NCBI GenBank assembly: GCA_041660605.1
Contig: JBAZWB010000002.1
Coordinates: 239,940-303,939, forward strand
DNA length: 64,000 nucleotides
From: Patescibacteria group bacterium
GTDB lineage: Bacteria > Patescibacteriota > Patescibacteriia > UBA10025 > JAHIVO01
Direction of reading: 5' to 3'
In this document: positions 21,897-31,524 of the stretch, in pieces
Layout: every line of letters begins with the position of its first letter
How positions within the stretch are numbered: position 1 is the stretch's first letter
The notes under the pieces: model-generated
Databases searched by the model: none
What the model was told of the DNA's origin: nothing
What the model saw: the letters and a program-made list of their open reading frames with translations, nothing else
Position numbers and translations under genes: made by a program

Positions 21897-22694
21897 GCAT
21901 CCGCCTTTTCCCTTTTAGGGGGGTATGCATCCAGCGATGTTGTGAGTTGATTGATTGGTTAGTAATTAAAGGTGCTGAGGATAATATAGCTTATCTCCAG
22001 GATGATGTATTTGTCAATTCAATGGGAAGTTATTGGAAAAGATGAACTATGGGAATTAATTGTTTTAAAGGTGAAAGGCATATAAGAAAAGAAGGCATGC
22101 GCTCGTTTGTTTATATATAACAAGTCTTGACAATAATCGTCGACTGGTGTAATTTTTTTAGTTAATATAATTATAGGTCCTGGGCTTCTATAAGTTTTAA
22201 TGTAAAACAACCCAGGGCTACGTTCACAGTTCAAACCATTGGAGGGACCACCTATGTGTCGACTTCAGAATCGTCGTCTCAACATGGTGCGCTGACCCGG
22301 ACGTGAGGGGGGAGAGCTTACTTGCCCCCTTAGAAGTGCTTTAACTTTTGGAGAAGTAATCGGTCGCCTTACGCCAAAACCAGCTATGACGACGCAAAAC
22401 TAAAGAGCTGGAAAGCGCTACGTGCGCCGACAGAACTATTTCCAAAATAGCACCGAAAACGTAAGCATCGTACTAGCCGTCCGAGTATTGAACCCAGAAA
22501 AAAATGGATTCAACCGGACGGCTGATTTTTTTATCCACCTTCGTCCCGTCAAGGCGGGACTACGGGGGATTCCCCATATTTTATTTCTACGCAGAAAACT
22601 GCGAAGTATTAATATTGAGGGGAATAAAAAAATACCTCTCTGCTTTCCAATCATTTCAGACTGAATCGCAGAGAGGCTTGTGGAGTTGGACGGC

Positions 22695-22928
22695 TCAGGG
22701 GAGCTGAGAAAACTCATAATTGCAAATGCATCTTGATGTCTGACAATCCTTGCATTCATGGACTTGCCGGACGCCTTTGCCAACTGAGCTTAAATCCCAG
22801 CTACCATGTGACGGGCCAAAAATCCGATGGGGGCAGGCAGTACTGGCAGTGCTAAGTTGTGCTTGACCCATTGCAATAATCTCGGCTCTGAGTTCAGGTA
22901 TATCTCCAATCCTTTTATTATTCCCCAT
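22695..22928 (-). CDS. Small Cys-rich protein (candidate peptide or zinc-ribbon protein)
   Basis: Internal ATG preceded by a GAGGAGG RBS with 5-nt spacing. 77 aa, ending ...HECKDCQTSRCICNYEF. A divergent promoter is shared with rpmF. Confidence 0.35.
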   Translation of the reverse strand: MGNNKRIGDIPELRAEIIAMGQAQLSTASTACPHRIFGPSHGSWDLSSVGKGVRQVHECKDCQTSRCICNYEFSQLP

Positions 22929-23035
22929 ATTTACCTCCTCTATAATATAAAGGGCATTTGACTTAATTCCATATTTGCCATAAGCTATTTGCCATAAGCT
23001 TAAGTAACTACCAATATTACTGATTGATAGCCAGC

Positions 23036-23064
23036 TTGTCAATAGATAAAAAATAATCTATAAT
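23036..23064 (+). promoter_or_regulatory. Promoter of the rpmF-nusB-rnc operon (palindromic -35 also serves the divergent minus-strand gene)
   Basis: TTGTCA, 17 bp, TATAAT. The reverse complement reads TTGACA, 17 bp, TAATAT. Confidence 0.5.
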
Positions 23065-23084
23065 ATAAATCAAGGAAAATATTT

Positions 23085-23321
23085 ATGGGCATACCTGCCA
23101 AACGAAGAACCAAACAATCAAAACGAGAGCGTGCCTCGCATTTCGCGCTGGAGGAAAAACAGCTGGGCGTCTGTCCAAAATGCAAAAAATCAGTTCTCCC
23201 CCACCATGTCTGCAAATTCTGCGGATATTACAAAGGGCAGGATGTTTTATTTCTGGACACCAAGGCGGAGCGCAAGAAGAAGAAAGCCAAGAAAAAGGAA
23301 GATCGCGCGAAAAATAAATAG
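23085..23321 (+). CDS. rpmF: 50S ribosomal protein L32 with a lysine-rich tail
   Basis: PKRRTSK...CPKC...HHVCKFCGYYKG zinc-ribbon signature of L32. Confidence 0.85.
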   Translation: MGIPAKRRTKQSKRERASHFALEEKQLGVCPKCKKSVLPHHVCKFCGYYKGQDVLFLDTKAERKKKKAKKKEDRAKNK

Positions 23322-23369
23322 CTTTTCTGTCTTTAGCTCCTTTAGCACTTATTATCCTTTTATTTAACC

Positions 23370-23846
23370 ATGTCCAACCGCCATCTTTCACGCACCATTG
23401 CCATGCAATCCCTCTACGAATGGGATTTCAATAAAATGCCGGAAAACGAGCTGGCGGTAGTGCTTGAACGCAATCTGAAAAATTTCGCGCCGGATTTCGA
23501 GGACAACGGCTTCTCCACCCATATTATAAAAGGCGTGGTAAAAAACCTGGATGCCATCAATAAGCTTATCGTCAAATACGCTCCCGAATGGCCGATCGAG
23601 CAGATAACCATTGTTGACCGCAATGTCCTCCGCATCGGGATATTTGAATTGCTTTTTTCCCACGGAGAAATACCGCCAAAGGTGGCTATCAACGAAGCCA
23701 TTGAGCTGGCCAAGAGTTTTGGCGGGCAGTCGTCGGGAAAATTTATCAACGGCGTGCTTGGCACGATTTACAAGGAAGCGCAAAAAACCGGCGAGGTGCC
23801 GGTGGCCGACACCGCGCCAAAAAAAATAATTAACCAATCGTCTTAG
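23370..23846 (+). CDS. nusB: Transcription antitermination factor NusB
   Basis: NusB fold signature [13 protein letters not shown] ... [17 protein letters not shown]. Confidence 0.85.
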   Translation: MSNRHLSRTIAMQSLYEWDFNKMPENELAVVLERNLKNFAPDFEDNGFSTHIIKGVVKNLDAINKLIVKYAPEWPIEQITIVDRNVLRIGIFELLFSHGEIPPKVAINEAIELAKSFGGQSSGKFINGVLGTIYKEAQKTGEVPVADTAPKKIINQSS

Positions 23847-23903
23847 ACTAGCGTTTTCACCCTAGCTGGAAACCTGGTTTGAGCTGATGATCGGGGACTT
23901 TCT

Positions 23904-24593
23904 ATGAAAGATTTTTCCAAACTGGAGAAAAAAATAAAAGTTAAATTTGCCAACCAGGATTTGCTCAAACAAGCGATGGTGCACCGTTCCTACCTGAACG
24001 AACACCCTAGCTTTAGTTTGGGGCACAACGAAAGGCTGGAATTCCTGGGTGATGCGGTGCTGGAACTGGTCGTTACCAGATACCTCTACCTGAACTACGA
24101 AAATCCCGAAGGCGAGCTGACTAACTGGCGCGCCAGCCTGGTGAATTCCAATATGCTGGCGGAGGTCGCCACCGAGTTGGAGCTGAATGAATTCCTGTAT
24201 CTCTCAAAAGGCGAGTCAAAAGACTCCAGCAGTAAAGCCCGTCAGTACATCCTGGCCAACTCCTTCGAAGCGCTGATCGGCTCAATCTACCTGGACCAGG
24301 GCTTGAATATCGTGGAAAAATTCATTCAACAGAATATCATCACCAAGCTGGATGAAATTCTGGACAAAAAGCTTTACCAGGACCCGAAGAGCAAATTTCA
24401 GGAGCATTCGCAGGATAAATTCGGCATCACGCCCTCCTATAGGGTTATTTCCGAAGCCGGACCGGATCACAATAAAAAATTCGTCATCGGCGTTTATCTG
24501 GACAAGGAACTGATTGCCAAAGGCCAGGGCTCATCCAAGCATGAAGCGCAGGTTGACGCCGCGGACAAAGGCCTGAAAGTGAAAGGGTGGTAA
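23904..24593 (+). CDS. rnc: Ribonuclease III
   Basis: NERLEFLGDAVL catalytic signature plus a C-terminal dsRBD. Confidence 0.9.
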   Translation: MKDFSKLEKKIKVKFANQDLLKQAMVHRSYLNEHPSFSLGHNERLEFLGDAVLELVVTRYLYLNYENPEGELTNWRASLVNSNMLAEVATELELNEFLYLSKGESKDSSSKARQYILANSFEALIGSIYLDQGLNIVEKFIQQNIITKLDEILDKKLYQDPKSKFQEHSQDKFGITPSYRVISEAGPDHNKKFVIGVYLDKELIAKGQGSSKHEAQVDAADKGLKVKGW

Positions 24594-24733
24594 TTAGTAA
24601 ATAAACCTATCGCCATCCCAAAGATACTTTGGGAATTTTATATTGACAATCTTTCTAGCTGTGATAATTTATTAGCAGAGAATATAATTAATGACCTTTG
24701 TTAAACAATCCAACCCAACCAGAGGAGGGTGTA

Positions 24734-25051
24734 ATGGCAACCTTGAATGTCAATGGACGCGAGATTAGCGCCACGGAAATCGGGCCCGTAACCCATGTTT
24801 TTAGCTCGATTGGCGTTTTTGCCGTCAAAGCGCGCCACCATGGATTTTATAGCAGTGACCAACTAGTCATTTTCAAGGAACCATCGATTAAAGGTGATCC
24901 AGCCGTTTATTGTGCCTGTTGTCAGGTAAAGTCCATTCAACTCAACCGTCAGCCAATTACCGAAGTGACTCGCGGCCAGGAAGTCGGTGTCAAAACCAAT
25001 TGCGTACTTTTGCCGCCTAACAACGCACAGGTTTTCCTGGTTACCAACTAA
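24734..25051 (+). CDS. Small beta-barrel protein (translation-factor domain-2-like), paralog A
   Basis: RBS AGGAGGG. G-x-V-G-V-K pattern. Paralogous to the next gene. Confidence 0.4.
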   Translation: MATLNVNGREISATEIGPVTHVFSSIGVFAVKARHHGFYSSDQLVIFKEPSIKGDPAVYCACCQVKSIQLNRQPITEVTRGQEVGVKTNCVLLPPNNAQVFLVTN

Positions 25052-25118
25052 CGGGTAACCGATTATCGCACATTCACATCCATTTTCATTACCAAAAACT
25101 TCAAACACGGAGGTGCAT

Positions 25119-25511
25119 ATGGCCAATCAGGAACTTGTTTCTGTCGGCCGGGTATTCGAACTTTTCCCAGGTTCTAAAGGAATAACCTACTACGGCATTG
25201 AAGTAACAAGCAAACCTTTTCGCAAAGGGCAGGCGATCATTTTCCGGGGGCAAAACGGCGGTGGCGATATAAAAGCGCGAATTGGCTCAATCGAGCTCGA
25301 CAGACGCAAAGTCAACGTCGCGCTCAAAGCCGATGGACAGCCCAATGAATACGGCGTCAGGCTTCGCGACCTGCCAGCAGGCGCGGCAATCGCAGTAGGA
25401 GATGAGGTACTGATTTACAGGCAGGCTGCAGAGGCCGCTTCAAGGATGACCCTAACACAGCATTCCCGCCGCGGAAACTACGAACCGCCTATAAGGCAGT
25501 CGGTAATGTAG
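25119..25511 (+). CDS. Small beta-barrel protein, paralog B
   Basis: RBS GGAGG at 5 nt. Similar strand pattern to paralog A. Confidence 0.4.
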   Translation: MANQELVSVGRVFELFPGSKGITYYGIEVTSKPFRKGQAIIFRGQNGGGDIKARIGSIELDRRKVNVALKADGQPNEYGVRLRDLPAGAAIAVGDEVLIYRQAAEAASRMTLTQHSRRGNYEPPIRQSVM

Positions 25512-25535
25512 CTCGCCAATGATGGGAAATATTCA

Positions 25536-25568
25536 GGCGCGTCCGCAAGGTTACGGACGCGCTTTTTT
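25536..25568 (+). terminator. Rho-independent terminator
   Basis: GCGCGTCCG...CGGACGCGC, followed by T7. Confidence 0.75.
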
Positions 25569-25716
25569 TATCCAATTACTTTTTACATATTATCCCCCTT
25601 CGGGGGATCCCCCGAAGGGGGACTTATAACGAATTACTATTTACTCCCTTTATTTGACGACAAACTAGCGCCGGTGCTATGGTAGAAATATAAATTGCAC
25701 AAACATTGGAGGAGTT

Positions 25717-25854
25717 ATGGCTATCATAGAATTGGGGCTCATTAAATGCCCACATTGTGGAGAACTTTTTAACGAAGCAATGGTATGCTGCCCGTATTGT
25801 CAGGCAATCAATACTAAACGTGTCATCAATATTTCACACGAAATGATGGCCTAA
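25717..25854 (+). CDS. 45-aa zinc-ribbon mini-protein
   Basis: Strong RBS GGAGGAG. CPHC...CCPYC motif. Confidence 0.5.
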   Translation: MAIIELGLIKCPHCGELFNEAMVCCPYCQAINTKRVINISHEMMA

Positions 25855-25872
25855 ACCAGGAGGAAAATCCTT

Positions 25873-25983
25873 ATGTCACCCGGTGGTGTCCCACAGACAT
25901 GGATCTGCAAATGCAAGCAGCAAAATGACGGCTATGCAACCAAGTGCGGCAAATGCGGCAAGCCAAAACCTAAGACTAAGTGA
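25873..25983 (+). CDS. 36-aa zinc-ribbon mini-protein
   Basis: RBS AGGAGGA. CKC...CGKCG motif. Below the ORF-track length cutoff. Confidence 0.45.
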   Translation: MSPGGVPQTWICKCKQQNDGYATKCGKCGKPKPKTK

Positions 25984-26024
25984 TAGGCCGGCAACCAGGT
26001 TCGCGGTCGCGAATAATCAATACC

Positions 26025-26057
26025 CCTGCGGGACAGACAACCTTTGTCCCGCTCTTT
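26025..26057 (+). terminator. Rho-independent terminator
   Basis: GCGGGACA...TGTCCCGC, followed by T7. Confidence 0.75.
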
Positions 26058-26258
26058 TTTATTTAGCTACTATTATATTAATCCATAATCCTTTAATATT
26101 ACCCATAAAAGTCTTTACATCCGCTCCTGTCCCTGCTATTATGTTATGGAGACTATGAAAATATTTACCCCCGACAGTCACAAATTAATCTTCTCAAAAA
26201 CTAACGGATAGCTATTCCCCAAAAAGGGGAATTTTTTTTAATATTTAAATGAATTACT

Positions 26259-27176
26259 ATGGTGAACTTCAAAAATCGAAACATTATTTCCATCCGGGAT
26301 TTCTCCAGGGAGGAAATACTGCATATTCTCGGCACCGCCAAAAAATTCAAAAACAAACCGCACCCCGACCTGCTGAAAAGAAAAATTCTGGCCAGCCTTT
26401 TTTTCGAGCCTTCAACCAGAACGAGATTTTCCTTCGAATCTGCTATGCAGCGGCTGGGCGGCTCGGTCATCTCCCTGGCTGACGCCAAAACCAGCTCCTC
26501 GGCCAAAGGCGAATCGGTTTCTGACTCCATAAAAATCGTAGATAAGTATTGCGATGTCATTGTCATGCGCCACTCGCTTGAGGGCGCCGCGCGACTGGCC
26601 GCCGAGGTTACAGACAACCCCATTCTCAACGGCGGCGACGGAGCCAACCAGCATCCCACGCAGACCTTCCTGGATCTCTTTTCCATCATGGAAACCCAGG
26701 GCCGCCTGAAAAATCTCAATGTCGCTCTGGTTGGCGACCTGAAGTACGGACGCACCACGCATTCCCTGGCTTACGCCCTGGGGCTTTTCGGCGCCCGCCT
26801 CTTCTTCGTCGCCCCGCCGTCTTTGCAGATGCCTTTCCATGTCATCCATGACCTGAAAAAAATCAAGGCAAAATATTCCACCTACACCGATCCGGAACGC
26901 CTGATGCCCAAGCTGGATATTTTTTACGCCACGCGCATCCAGAAAGAGCGCTTCGACTACCCTCTGGCTTATGAAAAAGTCAAAGACACCTTTGTCATTA
27001 CCAATAAACTGCTGGCTAAAGTAAAAAAGAATTTCAAGATACTGCACCCCCTGCCGCGGGTGAATGAAATCAACTATGAAGTGGACAATACTCCCTATGC
27101 CTACTACTTCCAGCAGGCGAACAACGGCCTGTATGTACGCCAGGCGCTACTGGCGCTGGTTCTGGGCAAAGCGTAG
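26259..27176 (+). CDS. pyrB: Aspartate carbamoyltransferase catalytic subunit
   Basis: STRTR, HPTQ and HPLP-type motifs. Followed by pyrI. Confidence 0.9.
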   Translation: MVNFKNRNIISIRDFSREEILHILGTAKKFKNKPHPDLLKRKILASLFFEPSTRTRFSFESAMQRLGGSVISLADAKTSSSAKGESVSDSIKIVDKYCDVIVMRHSLEGAARLAAEVTDNPILNGGDGANQHPTQTFLDLFSIMETQGRLKNLNVALVGDLKYGRTTHSLAYALGLFGARLFFVAPPSLQMPFHVIHDLKKIKAKYSTYTDPERLMPKLDIFYATRIQKERFDYPLAYEKVKDTFVITNKLLAKVKKNFKILHPLPRVNEINYEVDNTPYAYYFQQANNGLYVRQALLALVLGKA

Positions 27177-27225
27177 AATCATGCGTAACTACTTACTACT
27201 AACTATAAACTACTAACTAAAAAAT

Positions 27226-27678
27226 ATGAGAGCTTACAAAGTTTACGCCATAAAAAACGGCACGGTCATAGACCACATTCCTGCCACCAAAGGCATGCAG
27301 ATCATTGAATTACTGAAACTGCAGCAATGGAATAAGGCAGTCACGCTGGGTGCCGGGTTCAAAAGCAAAAAACACGGGAAAAAAGACATTATAAAAATCG
27401 AGGATAAGGAGCTGTCTCCGGAAGAAGTCAATAAAATCGCGGTTATCGCTCCGACTGCCACTATTAACATCATCCGCGATTTTAAAATCAGCAAAAAATT
27501 CCGTCCGCAGCTGCCTGAGGTGCTGGAAGCTATTATCAAGTGTCCCAATCCGGCCTGTGTCACCAATCACGATCCGGTGGCCAAAACCAGATTCTACAAA
27601 GAACCCGGGAAAAAATTTGAAATCAGCTGCGCTTACTGCGAACGCTATTTCAGCGACCTGGACATAGAATTATTATAA
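27226..27678 (+). CDS. pyrI: Aspartate carbamoyltransferase regulatory subunit
   Basis: PyrI fold with C-terminal Zn site CPNPAC...CAYC. Confidence 0.85.
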   Translation: MRAYKVYAIKNGTVIDHIPATKGMQIIELLKLQQWNKAVTLGAGFKSKKHGKKDIIKIEDKELSPEEVNKIAVIAPTATINIIRDFKISKKFRPQLPEVLEAIIKCPNPACVTNHDPVAKTRFYKEPGKKFEISCAYCERYFSDLDIELL

Positions 27679-27681
27679 ATA

Positions 27682-28602
27682 ATGGATATCAAAACCAAAA
27701 TCGCCGGTCTTAAATTAAAAAATCCGACAATTTTAGCCTCGGGCATTCTTGGCGTTTCCCGGTCTTCTCTCCAAAATGTCGTAAAAAACGGCGCCGGTGC
27801 CTGTGTCATCAAATCCATCAGCCTTGAGGAAAGAGCCGGGCACAAAGCCCCCAACATGATTACTTTTGAAGCCGGGATGATGAACGCCGTGGGGTATTCT
27901 AATCCGGGCGTTGAGGAAGCTAAAAAAGAATTCACAAAATTAAAAGAACTCGACGCTCCGATCATCGCCAGCATTATCGGCAAGGATGAGAATGAATTCG
28001 CACAAATGGCGGAGAAACTTCTGCCCGGTGAATTCTCCGCTGTGGAAGTGGTGCTGTCCTGCCCGCATACTCCCGGCTATGGAACCATGGCCGGACAAAA
28101 TTCTCCGGAGAATACGGAAAAAATAACCCGCGCTGTGCGGAAGAAAACCAAACTGCCGATTTTCATAAAAATCTCGCCGGATTCAAATCCCATCGGAGAA
28201 GTGGCAAAGGCAGCCGAGGCCGGCGGCGCGGATGGCATTACCGCCGTCAATACCATGGGACCCGGCATGATTATAGATATTCAAACAGGCCAGCCGATAC
28301 TGCATTTTAAAGTCGGTGGCGTTTCCGGCCCGGCTCTGCGTCCGATCGCCGTGCGCTGCATTTATGACATATATAAAGCGGTAAAAATACCCATTATCGG
28401 CTGCGGCGGTGTGACTTATGGCTCTGACGCCCTCCAGATGCTGATGGCCGGCGCCCGGGCGGTGGAAATTGGCACAGGCATTTACTATCGCGGTTCTGAT
28501 ATTTTTCATAAAGTGAATAAAGAAATCAGCGAATTCATGACACAAAAAAAATACGTCGGTTTAAATGATATAATCGGCTTAACCCATAAATTAGAGGAAT
28601 AA
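27682..28602 (+). CDS. pyrD: Dihydroorotate dehydrogenase (class 1B) catalytic subunit
   Basis: FMN-binding TIM barrel (GVSRSS...NTMGPG...GCGGV). Followed by the pyrK partner. Confidence 0.9.
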   Translation: MDIKTKIAGLKLKNPTILASGILGVSRSSLQNVVKNGAGACVIKSISLEERAGHKAPNMITFEAGMMNAVGYSNPGVEEAKKEFTKLKELDAPIIASIIGKDENEFAQMAEKLLPGEFSAVEVVLSCPHTPGYGTMAGQNSPENTEKITRAVRKKTKLPIFIKISPDSNPIGEVAKAAEAGGADGITAVNTMGPGMIIDIQTGQPILHFKVGGVSGPALRPIAVRCIYDIYKAVKIPIIGCGGVTYGSDALQMLMAGARAVEIGTGIYYRGSDIFHKVNKEISEFMTQKKYVGLNDIIGLTHKLEE

Positions 28603-28604
28603 AT

Positions 28605-29423
28605 ATGGAAAATGCCCTGGGAAAAATTGAACAGCCAATTTCACTGCCCATTGTGGAAATTGTTGAAGAAACCGCAACAGTAAAAACTTTTTTCTTTAAA
28701 AAAGAATTCGACTCGCAGCCAGGACAGTTTGTCATAATGTGGATACCGCGCGTTGACGAGAAACCCTTCAGCGTGTCCTATGACGACCATGGCCGGCTTG
28801 GATTATCAATCGCCAACGTCGGGCCTTTTACTAAAAATTTATTTAATAAAAAAGTCGGCGACCTGGTCGGCCTGCGCGGACCATATGGTTCCTGGTTCAA
28901 ACTGAAAAATAATTTTAAAAGGATCCTATTGGTTGGCGGCGGCTACGGCGTGGCACCGCTGGCTTTTTTGGCGCAGCGGGCGGTCAAGCAGAAAATAACC
29001 GTGGATTTTTGCAATGGTGCCCGGACGAAAAGCCTGCTGCTTTTCAAAAAAAGATTGACTGATTATAAGGTAAACCTGCATATCTCGACAGATGACGGCA
29101 GCGACGGGATCAAAGGCACGGTCATAGACGCAACTAACGACTGCCTAGGAAAAAATACCTATGATGCCGTTTATATCTGCGGGCCGGAATTAATGGAGAA
29201 AAAAATTATTGATCTCTGTGCCGAAAAAAACCTTGAGTGCCGGGTCAGCATCGAGAGATACATGAAATGCGGCTTTGGCATCTGCGGGCAGTGCTGCCTG
29301 GACGGGTCCGGAGAGCGCATGTGCCTGGAAGGACCGGTGGTCTCGGGTAAATATGCATTGAAACATAAAGAATTCGGCGCCTACCACCGCGGCAAGAGCG
29401 GCAGGAAAGAATACTACAAATAA
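28605..29423 (+). CDS. pyrK: Dihydroorotate dehydrogenase electron-transfer subunit
   Basis: FAD/NAD-binding domain plus a C-terminal 2Fe-2S CGFGICGQCC. Confidence 0.85.
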   Translation: MENALGKIEQPISLPIVEIVEETATVKTFFFKKEFDSQPGQFVIMWIPRVDEKPFSVSYDDHGRLGLSIANVGPFTKNLFNKKVGDLVGLRGPYGSWFKLKNNFKRILLVGGGYGVAPLAFLAQRAVKQKITVDFCNGARTKSLLLFKKRLTDYKVNLHISTDDGSDGIKGTVIDATNDCLGKNTYDAVYICGPELMEKKIIDLCAEKNLECRVSIERYMKCGFGICGQCCLDGSGERMCLEGPVVSGKYALKHKEFGAYHRGKSGRKEYYK

Positions 29424-29567
29424 TTAATTACAAATCCGAAATTCGAAGTACGAAATCCTAAACAATACTTAATGATAAAATTTAAAACATATTTTGTTTT
29501 AAACATTAAAATTTAGAAATTTGAATTTGTTTCGAATTTCGAAATTCGTGCTTAGTATTTATTTACT
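29424..29567. repeat. Roughly 140-bp intergenic palindromic element, copy 1 (upstream of pyrC)
   Basis: Shares AAATCCTAAAC...ACAAAATTT and TTTAAACATTA(A/G)AATTTAGA...TTCGAA(T/A)TTCG blocks with 32354–32512. Contains the perfect palindrome CGAATTTCGAAATTCG. Confidence 0.6.
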
Positions 29568-30866
29568 ATGGATATAATAAATCTTAAAAACTGCCGGCTC
29601 CCTAACGGCGATATCACCGATATTCTGCTTAGGAATGGGCTGATTGAAAAAATTGAGCCAAACTTGACCGCTAAACACTCCATTGAAATAGGAAAGAACC
29701 TGGTCATCCCCGGGGTGATTGACGCACATGTGCATTTCCGCGAGCCCGGCGGCGAGCAGAAGGAAGACTGGCTGACCGGCGCGCAATCAGCCGCCGCCGG
29801 TGGCGTGACTACTGTCATTGATATGCCGAATAACAATCCGCCGGCGATTGACGAGGCGTCGCTGAATAATAAAAGGGTGCTGGCTGGCAAAAGCATTATT
29901 AACTATGGGCTTTACCTTGGCGCCACCGCTGATAACATTGAACAGATAAAAAAAACAAAAGACGTGGCTGGCGTTAAAATATTTGTCGGCTCTTCTACCG
30001 GCACTCTGCTGGTGTCCGGGGACAAAGAAATCGAAAAGCTTTTTTCATTGCCGAATATCCACTGGGTTATACACGCGGAAGATGAGAGCATTATCAATGC
30101 AAACATTAAAAAATACACGGAAACTGACATCCCATCTGTCCATTCTTTAATCAGGGGGCGGGAAGCGGCGATACAGGCTGTTTCAAGAATTATTAAAATC
30201 GCTAAAAAAACCAAAGCTGAAGTGCATATCTGCCATATCAGCACCGCCGAAGAAGTGGAACTGATTAAAAAGGCAAAAGCCGACGGACTGAAAATTTCCT
30301 GCGAAGTCAGCCCGCATCATCTTTTTCTAAACGAACAATCATACAAAGAATTTGGAAATTTTGTGAAAGTTAACCCGCCCCTGCGCACCGAAAACGATAA
30401 TCAGGCTTTATTCCGGGCTTTGCGCGAAGGCGTGATAGACATCATCGCCACTGACCACGCACCGCACACCCGAGACGAAAAATGGCTTCCATACGAGAAA
30501 GCCCCCTCCGGCATGCCGGAAGTGCAGACATCGTTGCCCCTGATGCTGAACGCCGTTAATGCCAATAAAATATCTTTAAACAGATTAATCGAAGTCATGT
30601 GCCTGATGCCGTCTAAGCTTTTGAAAATAAAAAACAAAGGCCAGATTGCCAAAGGCTATGACGCAGATTTAACCGTTATTGATCTGGAGAAGAAAGCGAT
30701 ATTAAGTAATAAGGACATCAAATCAAAATGCGGCTGGTCGCCATATGACGGCTGGGAGCTGCAGGGCTGGCCGATCATGACCTTTGTCGGCGGGCAGCTG
30801 GTATTTGACCGCGGAAAATTATATAGTGAACATAAAGGCAAGGAAATATTTTATGGAACAATATAA
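29568..30866 (+). CDS. pyrC: Dihydroorotase
   Basis: DAHVHFREPG metal-binding motif and an amidohydrolase fold. Confidence 0.9.
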   Translation: MDIINLKNCRLPNGDITDILLRNGLIEKIEPNLTAKHSIEIGKNLVIPGVIDAHVHFREPGGEQKEDWLTGAQSAAAGGVTTVIDMPNNNPPAIDEASLNNKRVLAGKSIINYGLYLGATADNIEQIKKTKDVAGVKIFVGSSTGTLLVSGDKEIEKLFSLPNIHWVIHAEDESIINANIKKYTETDIPSVHSLIRGREAAIQAVSRIIKIAKKTKAEVHICHISTAEEVELIKKAKADGLKISCEVSPHHLFLNEQSYKEFGNFVKVNPPLRTENDNQALFRALREGVIDIIATDHAPHTRDEKWLPYEKAPSGMPEVQTSLPLMLNAVNANKISLNRLIEVMCLMPSKLLKIKNKGQIAKGYDADLTVIDLEKKAILSNKDIKSKCGWSPYDGWELQGWPIMTFVGGQLVFDRGKLYSEHKGKEIFYGTI

Positions 30867-31524
30867 AAAAGATTTCATCACTTTCTTGGCTGAATCAAAT
30901 GCTCTGCAGTTCGGCGAATTCACTTTGAAAAGCGGCCGGCTCTCTCCGTATTTTATTAATACCGGGCTTTTTGACACCGGAGAGCAGATCGCCACTCTTG
31001 GCGAGTACTACGCTGATGCCATAAAAAACGCCTATGGCGACAATTTCGACGTGCTCTACGGCCCGGCTTACAAAGGCATTCCTTTGTGCGTCACGGCCGC
31101 GGCTGCCCTGGCTCGTCGCCATGGCATAAATAAAAACTTTACCTTCAACCGCAAGGAAATAAAAGACCACGGAGATAAAAAGCTGATGGTCGGCCACGCT
31201 CCCCAGGCCGGCGAGCGGGTACTGATCATTGATGATGTCATTACCGACGGCGGCGCCTTGGTGGAATCCATGGAAATTTTACAGTCAACCGCCGGCCTGA
31301 AGTATGCCGGCGTTATTTTGTCAGTCAACCGCCAGGAAAAAACCAAACAGGGCAAGAATGCCGTAGAAGAATTCACCAATAAATACCAAATGCCCATTAA
31401 TTTTATCATTACTATCCGTGATATTATTGAATTCCTCAATAACCGTGAAATTAACGGCCGGGTATATCTAAACGACGATCTTAAAAATAAGATGGAAAAT
31501 TATTTAAAACAATATGGCATCTAA
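30853..31524 (+). CDS. pyrE: Orotate phosphoribosyltransferase
   Basis: PRPP-binding VLIIDDVITDGGA. The start overlaps the pyrC end. Confidence 0.85.
   Translation: MEQYKKDFITFLAESNALQFGEFTLKSGRLSPYFINTGLFDTGEQIATLGEYYADAIKNAYGDNFDVLYGPAYKGIPLCVTAAAALARRHGINKNFTFNRKEIKDHGDKKLMVGHAPQAGERVLIIDDVITDGGALVESMEILQSTAGLKYAGVILSVNRQEKTKQGKNAVEEFTNKYQMPINFIITIRDIIEFLNNREINGRVYLNDDLKNKMENYLKQYGI

Noticed and set aside
22230-22520. Possible tmRNA, RNase P RNA or SRP RNA in the ORF-free region
   Set aside because: I could not find a tag-peptide reading frame ending in a stop. I could not find a tRNA-like T-arm with acceptor, nor the RNase P GGAAAGTCCGG or SRP GGUGCUGUUU-type signatures. It is left as an unclassified structured RNA candidate.
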